Part shown: positions 28,534-37,922 of the stretch, piece by piece
How the letters are laid out: every line of letters begins with the position of its first letter
How positions within the stretch are numbered: position 1 is the first letter of the stretch
Source of the DNA: a virus
Lineage: Duplodnaviria > Caudoviricetes
IMG/VR virus record: IMGVR_UViG_3300028558_000028
Coordinates: 572-64,571 of that record
DNA: 64,000 nucleotides
Strand: one strand, 5' to 3'
The notes under the pieces: model-generated
What the model saw: the letters and a program-made list of their open reading frames with translations, nothing else
Databases searched by the model: none
What the model was told of the DNA's origin: nothing
Made by a program: the position numbers and the translations under genes

Positions 28534-28851
28534 CTAACCCTGCCCTACCGGCAACTCGCTCGCTTCGAGATATGCCAGGCTGAACCGCGTCCCCAGGCCC
28601 GTGTAGACCGGATCGCCGCTGCCGGCATTGTCGATGAAGCACAGGTCGCCGATGAACCCGAGGTAGAGCGACCGCACGATGCGGTTCAGGTTCTCGGCGA
28701 TCACGCCGCCGATGATCAGGACGTTGCTCACGTAGAGATCGACGAAGAGCCCGTAAGCTTTCTGGTAGACGTCGATCTGGCAGAGCTGGTTCGCCAGCAC
28801 CACGGTGACGGTCTGGTTCGGCACCGGCTGGAGCGGGATGATCAGCGCCAT
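28534..28851 (-). CDS. baseplate plug-like protein
   Basis: 'IPLQPVPNQ...YLGFIGDLCFID..G..DPVYTGLGTRF'. Confidence 0.75.
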   Translation of the reverse strand: MALIIPLQPVPNQTVTVVLANQLCQIDVYQKAYGLFVDLYVSNVLIIGGVIAENLNRIVRSLYLGFIGDLCFIDNAGSGDPVYTGLGTRFSLAYLEASELPVGQG

Positions 28852-29501
28852 CAGGTCGGGCCGCTCGGGAAGTCCGGGTCGCCCGGGTGCACGAAGGTCA
28901 CGGCCTTCTGCTGCGTCGGCGTCGCCGGCACGGTCTGGACGGTCCCGTCATTCACCGTCGCCGCGGCGCTCGGCGACTGCGTGCTGTCGAGCGTGTCCGA
29001 CGTCGCGATGCGGATCTGCACGCACATCACGTCCACCGTGATCAGGCCAACCCCGTTCGTCGCGGTTCGCCGATAGCTGTAATTCGCGACGTTGACGTTC
29101 TCGTAGACCGCCTCGGGCGTCACGGCGTCATAGAGGTCCGTAGTCCCGGCGATAGCGTCGATCGAGTCGAGCAGGGCTTGACGGTCGCCTTCCGAGCCGC
29201 CGGCCGAGAAGCTCAGCCGGAACGAGAACGGCGTCTGCACCTTGTCGTAGGTCTCGAACGCGCCCTCTTCGAGCGGATAGTCCGCGATCACCCATTCCTG
29301 CTTGTAGTCGACCGCGACGACGTTGTCGGCGACCACGACCGGCGCCCCATCGAGGAACAGGCCCCACTGCGGGCCGAACGCGCCCGCGAACAGCGAGACG
29401 ACGTCGGCCGTGAGCAGGTCGATGACGTCGGGCAGAGCGAACGGATCGCGCGGGATGGCCGGGACGCCCGGCGCGATCGGGACGTTTGGAAAGACGGCCA
29501 T
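28851..29501 (-). CDS. Dit-like phage baseplate/tail protein
   Basis: 'DYPLEEGAFETYDKVQTP'; directly after the tape measure. Confidence 0.75.
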   Translation of the reverse strand: MAVFPNVPIAPGVPAIPRDPFALPDVIDLLTADVVSLFAGAFGPQWGLFLDGAPVVVADNVVAVDYKQEWVIADYPLEEGAFETYDKVQTPFSFRLSFSAGGSEGDRQALLDSIDAIAGTTDLYDAVTPEAVYENVNVANYSYRRTATNGVGLITVDVMCVQIRIATSDTLDSTQSPSAAATVNDGTVQTVPATPTQQKAVTFVHPGDPDFPSGPT

Positions 29502-29504
29502 GCC

Positions 29505-31256
29505 CTACGCCAAGCCGTAGTTGGCCTGCGTCGCGAGATCATTGCGCCGCAGCGCGCCGGCGAAGTCCCGGGCGATGCCGCCGGCATCGGTCGCCTGCGT
29601 GTGGATATGCACCGTGCCGACGTTCGTTTCGCTCGAGGAGGTCGACGACGACTGGTTGCTCGTCGTCGAGTGCCGGATCGCCGCGGCGGCCGGGGCGCCG
29701 GTGTTCGGCAGGAACGTCACGCTACCGCGGTGTGCCGCGACAGCGCCGGCGACGTTGCGGGCGTAGGCGCCGGGATCGTTGCGGTCGGTCGCCGGCGCGT
29801 AGCCGGGTATGCCGCGTGCGGGATCGCCGGCAAGCATGCCCTCGATCGACCGCGACCCATAGGTCCCGAAGACCAGCGCTTGCATCGCGGCCAGGCCCGT
29901 GGTGCGATCCGGGAAGATCGCGAAGCCCCGCGCGTCGGCGCCGATTGCGCCATGCCGCGCGGTCCACGGCGAGAACCGCAGATTGCCCGGGTTGGTGCTG
30001 TTCGCCCCCGCACCTTCCTGCCGCACCATGGCGCCGATGAGCTGGCTGCGCTGCGTCGCATCGAGCGTGTTCAGAACGGTGCCCGGCGATATGCCTGTCG
30101 CCCCAGTTCCAGCGGGCGGTGCGCCAGCCATGCCCCGCCGAGCGTCGTCCAGATCCTGCTGTGTGTAGCGCGTATGGCCTCGCGAGCGGGCGATTGCCAT
30201 GGCGCGGTGCTGAAACCGCTCGTTCGCCGCGACGCCGAGCGGGTCGGCCTCGACGAGCAGCGCGGCCAAGCCACCGCCGATGACTGCGGCAGCAGCGCCG
30301 AGAAGGCCGCCGCTGCCAGCGATGGCCCTTGGGGCGAGGCCAAGCGCGCCGGCGGCAATCGTCAACGCACGGATAGCGGCGGTGAGCGATGTCAGCGCCA
30401 CCACCGCGGTGACCGCGGCGGCGCCAAGCTCGACGAGCCGCGGATGGTTGCCGGCCAACTGGGTCAGCAGGTTCAACACCGCCGTGATGAACGGCGCGGC
30501 GTCGGCCGCGAGCCGGTCGAACAGGATGCTCATCTTCTGCGTGAAGGCGATCCAGCCGTCCTGCAGCTTCTGCAGATTGCTGACCTGCTCCGCTGTCAGC
30601 ACGCCGAGGCCGCGCGATCGGTTCAGCTCGGCTGGGACGTTTCGCTGCAGCAGGAAGTTCAGCGTGCCTTCGTCGATCGGGAGCTGGCGCCCGAGCGAAT
30701 GGGCGAGCGCCGGATTGGACCGCGCGATGGCCTGCAGGTCTTGCGAGATCGCGGCCAAGACCTGATCGGGCGAGCCGTTGATGAAGTCGATCTTCGTGCC
30801 GCCAAGGCCCTGCAACCGGGCCAGGATCGGCACGATGTGCGTGTCGCCGGTCTTGATCGCCTGGATCGCGTCGGACAGCGACAGGAACGACGACGCGGCG
30901 CCTTCCGCGGTGCCGCCAGCGCGCTCGACCGCCTTTTCCCAGGCCGACAATGCGTCGGGCGCGACGCCGATGTTCTGCGACAGACGCGCCATCGCGGCGC
31001 CGGCGCTCGTGGTCTGTTCGACGAAGTCCTTGATCGCCCGGGCGCCGGTGAAGACAGCGAACAGGGTCAGCGCCGCATCGGCGATCTTGCCGATGGCATC
31101 GGCCGCCTGGCGCGCCGACTTCTCGATCTGCTCTGCGTCCTTCTTGGCCGCATCACGCGCCTTGTCGAAGGCGACGATGGCGGCTTTCTGGCCCTTGTCG
31201 AAGTTGCTCGGGTCGAGCTTTAGTTCGATCAGAAGGCTGTCGATTACCGTCGGAAT
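29505..31256 (-). CDS. tape measure protein with C-terminal NPGN-type hydrolase domain, apparent ATT start
   Basis: AGGAGG-CTGCG-ATT CCG ACG GTA ATC GAC = (M)PTVIDSLLIELKLDP; frame open to ATG 30992; 'NPGNLR...GFAIF...YAPATDRNDPGAYA'. Confidence 0.8.
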   Translation of the reverse strand: MPTVIDSLLIELKLDPSNFDKGQKAAIVAFDKARDAAKKDAEQIEKSARQAADAIGKIADAALTLFAVFTGARAIKDFVEQTTSAGAAMARLSQNIGVAPDALSAWEKAVERAGGTAEGAASSFLSLSDAIQAIKTGDTHIVPILARLQGLGGTKIDFINGSPDQVLAAISQDLQAIARSNPALAHSLGRQLPIDEGTLNFLLQRNVPAELNRSRGLGVLTAEQVSNLQKLQDGWIAFTQKMSILFDRLAADAAPFITAVLNLLTQLAGNHPRLVELGAAAVTAVVALTSLTAAIRALTIAAGALGLAPRAIAGSGGLLGAAAAVIGGGLAALLVEADPLGVAANERFQHRAMAIARSRGHTRYTQQDLDDARRGMAGAPPAGTGATGISPGTVLNTLDATQRSQLIGAMVRQEGAGANSTNPGNLRFSPWTARHGAIGADARGFAIFPDRTTGLAAMQALVFGTYGSRSIEGMLAGDPARGIPGYAPATDRNDPGAYARNVAGAVAAHRGSVTFLPNTGAPAAAAIRHSTTSNQSSSTSSSETNVGTVHIHTQATDAGGIARDFAGALRRNDLATQANYGLA

Positions 31257-31265
31257 CGCAGCCTC

Positions 31266-31493
31266 CTACTCACGCCGCTTCGCCAGGATGGCATCGTTGT
31301 GCGCATCGATGCTGATGATCTCGAGGAGATCGTAAGCGTCCTCGATCGACAGGAACGCGTCTAGGTCGCGGAATGCCGCCTTGCCCGATGAGACGACGAT
31401 GCCGATGAGACGGGTGACGTTGGGGTAGTGGGCGAGGGCTGAGCCGGCGCTTCCGAGGTCGACTTCGACAGGAGCCCGGCGATCGAAAAACCC
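31266..31493 (-). CDS. tail assembly chaperone 'T' portion (-1 frameshift extension)
   Basis: The -1 frame from G GGT TTT reads GFFDRRAPV...LSIEDAYDLLEII. Confidence 0.7.
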   Translation of the reverse strand, partial: GFFDRRAPVEVDLGSAGSALAHYPNVTRLIGIVVSSGKAAFRDLDAFLSIEDAYDLLEIISIDAHNDAILAKRRE

Positions 31494-31870
31494 GTGTGGA
31501 GCTCGACGACCTCCGAGCGCAGGCGCAACAACGTCGACACCTCCTCGATATCGTCTGGAGTCATCAGCGCCCGCGTCGAGGCCTCCGGCCGTTTCGGATC
31601 GACCTGCCAGGACACGCAGGTCATCATCTCGTCGAGGAGCGGCTCGGCGTCGTCGAAGCTCATGCCGAACAGCGCCTTGATGCCGAGCGCCATGACGCCG
31701 CGGACGCCAGCGCCCGTCGCATCGCCGATATCGACCCCGGATCGGGCCATGGCGAGCAGGGCGCGCGTCGCCCACTTCTCGGCCTGGACCGCGCTCTTCT
31801 CCTCGATGACGAACACCTTGCCCTTGTCGCGGCCATCGGCCGTGATCGTGATGGTGATCTTCTTGCGCAT
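31361..31870 (-). CDS. tail assembly chaperone 'G'
   Basis: 'GRDKGKVFVIEE...AEKWATRALLA'; between tube and tape measure. Confidence 0.8.
   Translation of the reverse strand: MRKKITITITADGRDKGKVFVIEEKSAVQAEKWATRALLAMARSGVDIGDATGAGVRGVMALGIKALFGMSFDDAEPLLDEMMTCVSWQVDPKRPEASTRALMTPDDIEEVSTLLRLRSEVVELHTGFSIAGLLSKSTSEAPAQPSPTTPTSPVSSASSSHRARRHSAT
31487..31493 (-). promoter_or_regulatory. -1 programmed frameshift slippery site G GGT TTT
   Basis: X XXY YYZ heptamer in the G frame (ACG GGT TTT TCG). Confidence 0.75.
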
Positions 31871-31878
31871 GCCCTCTC

Positions 31879-32310
31879 CTACGCCACGGCCGGGCTGACG
31901 GATTGCCAGGTCAGCCCGAACCGCCGCGGCTGCAGGACGCGCGCCGCATTCGGGATCGGCGGATAGGTCGTCAGCACGCCCTTGGTCATCGCCCACTTCG
32001 TGCCGAGCGATTTCAGCGTGACGATCCCCGAGGCGAAGAAGATGTCCTTGGACGCCTGCTGCTGAGACCACCACGTGTCGAAGATGGCGCCCGACGGCGA
32101 GTCGGCCTGCAGGCTGATGTTCTGCCTTACCGCGACGTAGACGAAGCCGGCCGACAGGAGGCCGTCGACGCCCATGAGCACCTCGGCCGATTCGAGCGGA
32201 TCGGTCTCAAAGATGTTGTCGGCCGCGAAGCCGTGAAGCTGTTGCGGCGTCGGGAACAGCCCGGCGATCGCCAGAGTGAAGATCGCATTGGCGGCGGTGA
32301 TCGATGCCAT
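31879..32310 (-). CDS. tail tube protein (DUF3277-like)
   Basis: 'GFAADNIF...MGVDGLLSAG...LQADSPS'; after the sheath. Confidence 0.8.
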   Translation of the reverse strand: MASITAANAIFTLAIAGLFPTPQQLHGFAADNIFETDPLESAEVLMGVDGLLSAGFVYVAVRQNISLQADSPSGAIFDTWWSQQQASKDIFFASGIVTLKSLGTKWAMTKGVLTTYPPIPNAARVLQPRRFGLTWQSVSPAVA

Positions 32311-32325
32311 GGCGGCGCGCTTCCC

Positions 32326-34302
32326 TTATTGGAGTGCGGTGCTGGAAAGCGTGATCGCCTGGATCGACTCGCCGTCGACGTACCAGAACTTGATCTGCGG
32401 CGAGGCGCGGCCCTGGCGGACGATCGGCGCGGCGTCCAGGATCTGCAGATACCAGCCGCGCGTGCTCAGCGTTCCCGCGATGTTGGCGCCGGCCGCGGCG
32501 TTGACCTCGGCGATCTGCGCCGCCGACAGCGTGACACCGGCCCGGAATGCGCCGAAGGCCAGGCCCGCGTTGATCGGATCGGCCAACGCCGCCTCGATCA
32601 GGGCGTAACCGTCGTCGTTGTAGGGGATCGAGCCGGACTGCGTGACCAGCTCCATCAGCGCGAGCTGGAAGGCGTTGTTCAGCCAAATCTGATTGACGTA
32701 GCTGTCGATCCACTCGAACGGGCCGGAGATCGTGCCGCGGCTGAAGAACACGAAGCCCTGGTTCGCCGTGGCATAGGCGCCGTAGAAATTGTAGGAGTTG
32801 CCGAAGTCGCCCGGCGTTTGCGGATTGCCGGCGAGGTTGATCGCCACCTGCGCATTCGTCACGCCGGCGAGCAGCCCGGCCTGCGACCGGAAGGCCATCG
32901 TGGTCCTGCCGTTCGGCTCCTCGAAGTCGATCGAGGCGATGGCGCCGAGCAGGAACGATGCGACGTTGAGGTCCGACGGCTCGTAGATCAGGATCGTGCC
33001 GGAATAGCTGGCCTGCTCGATCAGGTAGCCCAGGCAGGACGTGGCCGGCACCTGCGTGGTCGGCGACGCGTCTGTGTCCCAACAGACGTAGGCGTAGCGG
33101 TCGTTCTGCGCGCTGGTCCACGCGGCGAACGCCAGCTTCTGGCTGTTCCCCGAGCCGCCGTCCGGATCGAACGCCGTCATGAACGTCGCCCAGTTCTGCG
33201 TGACCTGGATCAGGCTGTTCATGAAGGCGCTGGGCGTCGTGGCGGCCGCACCCTGCGACAGGACGGCGCCGGTCGCCGAGGTGAGCAACAGCGGCGCAGC
33301 CAGCGTGCCGGTCGCAAAGGCCGCGGTCGACGGCGTCCCGGTGATCCCCGACGTGATGACGAAGGCGCCGGACACGCTGTCGAAGGTGACGAGCGGCGCC
33401 GTTGCGACGCCAGTCATCGACTCGCTGGCGACCGACTGCTGCGCGCCGCTGATCCGATATGTGCCGACGCCGCCGGTCGTGCCGCCGAGCTGCGCCGTGA
33501 TCACCGGCGAGCCGGTCACGCCCGAGCCGACGACGGTCTGCCCGACCGCGATGGCGTGGTCGGTGTCGACCGTCACATCGAGCACGGTCGAGGCCGTCGC
33601 CAGGCTCGCGCTGCTCGACGTCGTCGCGTTGCTCGTGACGTAGACGCCGGCACCGCCCGTCGTGCCGCTGGTCTGCGAGACGATCGTGGTGTTGGCCGGC
33701 ACACCGGAGCCCGAGACCGTATCGCCGACCGAAATCAGCCCCGTGACCGATGTGGTGGTCAGGTTCGTGCCGGAGCCGGTGCCGGTGAATGTCGCGCCGA
33801 GCGAGGCCGTGAACGTCGCCTCGGTCGGATCCGTGAAGGCCGCCTGGATGCCGGCCGCCGCGGCCGAGAAGCTGTTGTAGGACGAGAGGCTGATCGAGGA
33901 GATGACGTGCGTGTAGCCGTCGATCACGACGGTCAGCGAGCCGGACAGGGCCTGGAGCTGCGCCAGCGTGAGGTTCGAGACGTTTCCGCCGCGGAGATAG
34001 GCCGCGACCGCCGTCGCCGGATATTGCGCGAAAAGCAGCGCGCCGGGCTTCTGCGTCGAGTTGTCGTAGCCGCCGAAGTAGCCCGAGCCGAGGCCGGTGC
34101 CGCCGCCGGCGATCTGCGCCTCATGCGAGCCGGCCCCGAAGAAGCTCGCCACGGCCGCCCCGGAGGCGAACGACTGCACCGTCCCGATCGGTACCCGCGC
34201 GCTCTCGGTCAGCACGAGGCCGTTGAGCGCGAACGCGTCGCCGCCGGCGCTGAGCACGCCCGGATTGACGGCGACCAGTTGCGAGGCCGGGATGGTGCTC
34301 AT
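32326..34302 (-). CDS. tail sheath protein (DUF3383)
   Basis: 'MSTIPAS..V.VNPGVL', 'TQNWATF', 'SIPYNDDG', 'WYVDGESIQ'. Confidence 0.9.
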   Translation of the reverse strand: MSTIPASQLVAVNPGVLSAGGDAFALNGLVLTESARVPIGTVQSFASGAAVASFFGAGSHEAQIAGGGTGLGSGYFGGYDNSTQKPGALLFAQYPATAVAAYLRGGNVSNLTLAQLQALSGSLTVVIDGYTHVISSISLSSYNSFSAAAAGIQAAFTDPTEATFTASLGATFTGTGSGTNLTTTSVTGLISVGDTVSGSGVPANTTIVSQTSGTTGGAGVYVTSNATTSSSASLATASTVLDVTVDTDHAIAVGQTVVGSGVTGSPVITAQLGGTTGGVGTYRISGAQQSVASESMTGVATAPLVTFDSVSGAFVITSGITGTPSTAAFATGTLAAPLLLTSATGAVLSQGAAATTPSAFMNSLIQVTQNWATFMTAFDPDGGSGNSQKLAFAAWTSAQNDRYAYVCWDTDASPTTQVPATSCLGYLIEQASYSGTILIYEPSDLNVASFLLGAIASIDFEEPNGRTTMAFRSQAGLLAGVTNAQVAINLAGNPQTPGDFGNSYNFYGAYATANQGFVFFSRGTISGPFEWIDSYVNQIWLNNAFQLALMELVTQSGSIPYNDDGYALIEAALADPINAGLAFGAFRAGVTLSAAQIAEVNAAAGANIAGTLSTRGWYLQILDAAPIVRQGRASPQIKFWYVDGESIQAITLSSTALQ

Positions 34303-34312
34303 CGATTGGTCC

Positions 34313-35050
34313 TCATGGGGTGTAGGTCGCCTCGACCGAGATCAGATCGACCGTCAGGCGGTCGGCGAACTGCTGGGGCACGCCGACGACTTGGTTGGCC
34401 TGCAGCACCGCGTCGACCACATAGCGGGTCTCGTATTGCTGCTCGGCGTTGATGAACGGCATCTGCTTGGGATCGCCCGCGTAGAGCGGCGTCACGTCCG
34501 TGCCGGTCACGGCGAAGAATTGGGTCGCATATTCGTCGCGGAACAGCGTCGCGATGGTCTGCGCCATGTCCGCCGCGTCCTGGACATTGGCGCTGTGCAC
34601 GTCGAGCTGGACCGTCACCTTGGTCGGCTGAGCGATGATCCCGGCGCCGCAAGCGAGCGTCTCGGTGCCGACGGTCTGAGACGGCATGACCGTGTAGGTC
34701 CCGATACCGCCCGGTGCACCGCCGGTCTGCGCGGTGATCGTGGTGCCGGCCGTCACGCCTGACCCGAACAGCACGTTGCCGACCACGACGGCCCCGATCT
34801 GCACGGCCGTGACGGTCATCACGGTCCCGGCGATCGACCCGGTGAAAGCCCCGTCGGCATAGGTGTCGATGTTGGTCTCGAGCCGCTCGCGCAGGATCGT
34901 CGTCATCACGACGAAGTCGGTGCCCTGCGGCTCCGGTACGCGGTTGTCCTGGCCCTCGATCACCTCGACGCCGGTCGGCAGGATCTGGATCAGGAAGGCC
35001 CGTAGCGCTGTCTGGATGCCCGACTGGGTCGGGACCGGCGCGAATGGCAT
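34313..35050 (-). CDS. neck/tail terminator protein
   Basis: 'GQDNRVPEP', 'QLDVH', '[14 protein letters not shown]'. Confidence 0.8.
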   Translation of the reverse strand: MPFAPVPTQSGIQTALRAFLIQILPTGVEVIEGQDNRVPEPQGTDFVVMTTILRERLETNIDTYADGAFTGSIAGTVMTVTAVQIGAVVVGNVLFGSGVTAGTTITAQTGGAPGGIGTYTVMPSQTVGTETLACGAGIIAQPTKVTVQLDVHSANVQDAADMAQTIATLFRDEYATQFFAVTGTDVTPLYAGDPKQMPFINAEQQYETRYVVDAVLQANQVVGVPQQFADRLTVDLISVEATYTP

Positions 35051-35379
35051 CAGCGATAATAGAGGATGTTCAGCACCCCGCCCGATACGGCGTTGATGCA
35101 CTGCATCGCGGAGAGCGTGCCGGAATACTGGAAGGGCGCGATGCCGACCGGGATCAGGAAGCCCGCGCTCGTGGTCGGCGCCACGCCGTCATCGCGGCAG
35201 CGGATCGCCTGCACCTCGGCCGAGAGCAGCGCCATGGTGGCGCCGGCCGGCGCGGTGAACGCCGTGGCCGAGGTCGGCGCGATCTGCTGGTAGCCGAGCG
35301 GCACCCATGTGATGACCGGATCGGCGCGCGCCGCCGTTGCGAAGAGCAGAGCTACGGCGAGCAGCAAGCGCTTCATCAT
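35050..35379 (-). CDS. signal-peptide-bearing small beta protein within the neck module
   Basis: [19 protein letters not shown]|DPV; '[11 protein letters not shown]...G'. Confidence 0.7.
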   Translation of the reverse strand: MMKRLLLAVALLFATAARADPVITWVPLGYQQIAPTSATAFTAPAGATMALLSAEVQAIRCRDDGVAPTTSAGFLIPVGIAPFQYSGTLSAMQCINAVSGGVLNILYYR

Positions 35380-35765
35380 CAGCCCCCGTCCTGCAGCGTG
35401 ATCGCGACCTTGACCCAGTCGGGCCACTGCTCCAGCACCATCGCCGCGAGCCATGTGTTCCCCTCAGGCAGGGTGCCGTCCGGGAACACGATGAGATCGC
35501 CGCCGCGCCGGTCGACACGGACGAGCGCCATGACGTTGCCCGTGAGGTAGATCGCCCGCCGGACGCCCTGGATGTTGAGGCTGTCGAGTTGGACGATGTC
35601 CGTGTAGGTCAGCGCCTGGACCTGCGCGACGATCGCGAACGTGTCGTAGGTCGGGACCCGCGAGCCGTCCGGATTCGTCGTCGAACCGGTCGAGCGCTTG
35701 ACCGTCGCGGTGACGTTCGGGTTGATCGTGCCGATGAACGGCGCGACGATGCCGTGAAGGTTCAT
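35379..35765 (-). CDS. head closure / head-tail joining protein
   Basis: 'MNLHGIV...INP...QVQAL...GGDL...W.....E.WPDW'. Confidence 0.8.
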   Translation of the reverse strand: MNLHGIVAPFIGTINPNVTATVKRSTGSTTNPDGSRVPTYDTFAIVAQVQALTYTDIVQLDSLNIQGVRRAIYLTGNVMALVRVDRRGGDLIVFPDGTLPEGNTWLAAMVLEQWPDWVKVAITLQDGG

Positions 35766-36511
35766 CCCTGGAACGCGACACTGTTGATCTGGCCCGTCGC
35801 GCCGCCGGCCGACGTCGTGACCAGCATGACGAGCTCCAGCATGACGTGCTGGCCAGGCACGAGGCCCGTCCCGGTCACGGTGAACGTGTAGTTCGCCGCG
35901 GTGAGGGTGAACTGTTGAGCGGCCGACGTCGTCACCGCGGCCTCGACGCCGTTCGTCTCGGTGTAGAGCTGCGCCGTGATCGTGGTGCTGGCCGCCGTCA
36001 CGGTGCCGCCACCGGCATAATTGGCGTTGACGATGACCGGAATGTTGGCGCCGGCGATGTAGGTCGTCGGCAGGTTGAACTCGAAGATGACCTTGTTCGT
36101 CTTGGCGCTCGACGAGGTCGTCTCGCCGGTCAGGACGAGCGAGGTGCCGGCCGTGCGCGAGACGCCGACCGTGCCCGAGGGCGTGCCGGCTGCAGCGGTC
36201 ATCGGCACGCCGAGATCGGAGTGACCGTCGATCAGCGGGAGATAGCGCGTGAGCGGGCCACCGCCACCCGGAACGAACGCCATGCCGCCGGGGACGAGCT
36301 GACCGCCCTGGCCCGGCTGCCGGAAGAAGCTCTGGTAGACCGCACCGCCCGGCACCGCATAGTACTGCAGCAGGTTCTCGGAGTTGAGCCCCGTGTTCGA
36401 TGTCGACGGGACCGGCGCCGGGATCTGGTCCAGCGACGTGGTCTGACCGAGGGCGAGCGCCGGCGAGAGGATAAGCGCGGCGATGCCGAGGATGCGGGCG
36501 AAACGGAGCAT
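35762..36511 (-). CDS. signal-peptide-bearing beta-rich protein within the neck module
   Basis: MLRFARILGIAALILSPALALG|QTT; SD AGGAG. Confidence 0.7.
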   Translation of the reverse strand: MLRFARILGIAALILSPALALGQTTSLDQIPAPVPSTSNTGLNSENLLQYYAVPGGAVYQSFFRQPGQGGQLVPGGMAFVPGGGGPLTRYLPLIDGHSDLGVPMTAAAGTPSGTVGVSRTAGTSLVLTGETTSSSAKTNKVIFEFNLPTTYIAGANIPVIVNANYAGGGTVTAASTTITAQLYTETNGVEAAVTTSAAQQFTLTAANYTFTVTGTGLVPGQHVMLELVMLVTTSAGGATGQINSVAFQG

Positions 36512-36528
36512 GACGGTTGGTCTCCTGA

Positions 36529-36978
36529 TCAGGACGTCTTCACGATGTGGTCGATGCTGTTGAACATGTGGCCGGTGTCGACGAGCGGCTTGGCTGAGCC
36601 CTTCCGGTCGATCGTGCTCTGGGCCAGCGGCGGGCTGTTCGTATCGACGATGCTCTGCCGGAGCTGGCCGGCGATGGCCGCGCCGGTCTGGTCGAGCGTC
36701 TTCTCGGCGTCGTAGTCGTTGGTCCGCAACAGGCCGGCAACGGCGCTGGGCCACTCGCCGCTCTTCGCCGCGATCATGCTGCGGAAGAATGGCCGCGGCG
36801 GGATGTTGCGGGACGGAGCCCCGAATTCCTGGATCGCCGCGACCATGGCGACGGGCGTGCCATCCGGATAGGTCGCACCCTCGAGGAAGCCGATCTCGAC
36901 GCTCGCCGCCTTGTCGACGCCCTGAGCGATCTTCCTGAGCGCGGTGGTGAGCTTGTCGCCGCCCTTCAGCGTCGCCAT
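36529..36978 (-). CDS. neck/tail-completion protein
   Basis: 'AAIQEFG...IPPRPFFR...TIDRKG..KPLVDTG'. Confidence 0.8.
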   Translation of the reverse strand: MATLKGGDKLTTALRKIAQGVDKAASVEIGFLEGATYPDGTPVAMVAAIQEFGAPSRNIPPRPFFRSMIAAKSGEWPSAVAGLLRTNDYDAEKTLDQTGAAIAGQLRQSIVDTNSPPLAQSTIDRKGSAKPLVDTGHMFNSIDHIVKTS

Positions 36979-37433
36979 CAGGTCCGGGCGTCGGTCTCGG
37001 CGCCAGCCTCCGCGGCCGGCCGGTCGCGGTCGTCTGCGGCGTCGGCCTCGGCCCTGGCCTTCTCAGCGGCGTCAGCCTTGGCCCGCTCTTCGCTCTCGCG
37101 CAGCGCCTTGGCCTCGGGCCGGTCGTCCACGATCTCGGCGTCGCCGTTGATCGCGGTCTCGATCGCCTCCTGCGTCTCGAAGACGTGCAGCGGCGTGACC
37201 GTCGAGTCCATGATGTGGATGATGGCCGATTCCGGCGAGCCTGCCTGCTCCGGGACCGCGGCGACCGCCTTGGTGGCGGGCGGCCAGGCCTTCGCGCCGG
37301 CCGTCGCCGGACGGGCCGGGATGGCGGGCCGCGCCTCGACCGCGGCGACGCGCTCGATGTGCTGGATCGATGCGGGGTTCAGCGTGACCGCGACCTTGTC
37401 GCCCAGCCGATGCAGCCTGAGGAATTTTGCCAT
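36978..37433 (-). CDS. hypothetical protein with Ala/Pro repeats
   Basis: 151-aa ORF coupled within the operon. Confidence 0.6.
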   Translation of the reverse strand: MAKFLRLHRLGDKVAVTLNPASIQHIERVAAVEARPAIPARPATAGAKAWPPATKAVAAVPEQAGSPESAIIHIMDSTVTPLHVFETQEAIETAINGDAEIVDDRPEAKALRESEERAKADAAEKARAEADAADDRDRPAAEAGAETDART

Positions 37434-37463
37434 GATGATCTGTCCTTTCGTCGAAGGTTGTGC

Positions 37464-37916
37464 TCAGCGCCGCCCGTAGCCCCAGCCGCCCCACGATCCG
37501 TTGATGGGCTGGTATTGCGGCGTGATCTTCGGAGCGTAGCGGCCAAGCCGGAACGGCAGCGCGAGCTGCCACCACATGGCGCCGTATTGCGTCTGCGAGA
37601 ACCACTTGTCGTTCGGCGTCGTCGGGAAATCGGTTCCGACAGAGACCGAACCCTCGCTGGCGTTGCTGATCCGGCCGACTAACGGCGAGAGCGGCTGCGT
37701 CGTCGAGCCGAAGAGCAGCTGCGCGACGTGCGCGACCATCATGTTCAAGAGCTGCGTCTGGATTCCGGCGTCGCACACCGGGCCGCCGCCGTCGTTGCGA
37801 TTGTACTGCTCCGCCAGGGTCAGGATCGGGCCGGCGACCTGGTCGCTCGTCAGGTTGCTGAACTGCGGGAACAGCGCTGCCCAGGCCGCATAGTTGAACG
37901 TGACCTGGACGCCCAT
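37464..37916 (-). CDS. DUF4054 head-tail adaptor
   Basis: 'FPQF...LLNMMVAHVAQL...GRISNASEGSVSV...QTQYGAMWW'. Confidence 0.85.
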   Translation of the reverse strand: MGVQVTFNYAAWAALFPQFSNLTSDQVAGPILTLAEQYNRNDGGGPVCDAGIQTQLLNMMVAHVAQLLFGSTTQPLSPLVGRISNASEGSVSVGTDFPTTPNDKWFSQTQYGAMWWQLALPFRLGRYAPKITPQYQPINGSWGGWGYGRR

Positions 37917-37922
37917 GGCGGT

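Noticed and set aside
31266-31268. Genome-wide stop-codon reassignment, suggested by the in-frame TAG before the tape measure
   Set aside because: TAG, TGA and TAA end many coupled genes normally, and core genes are uninterrupted in code 11.
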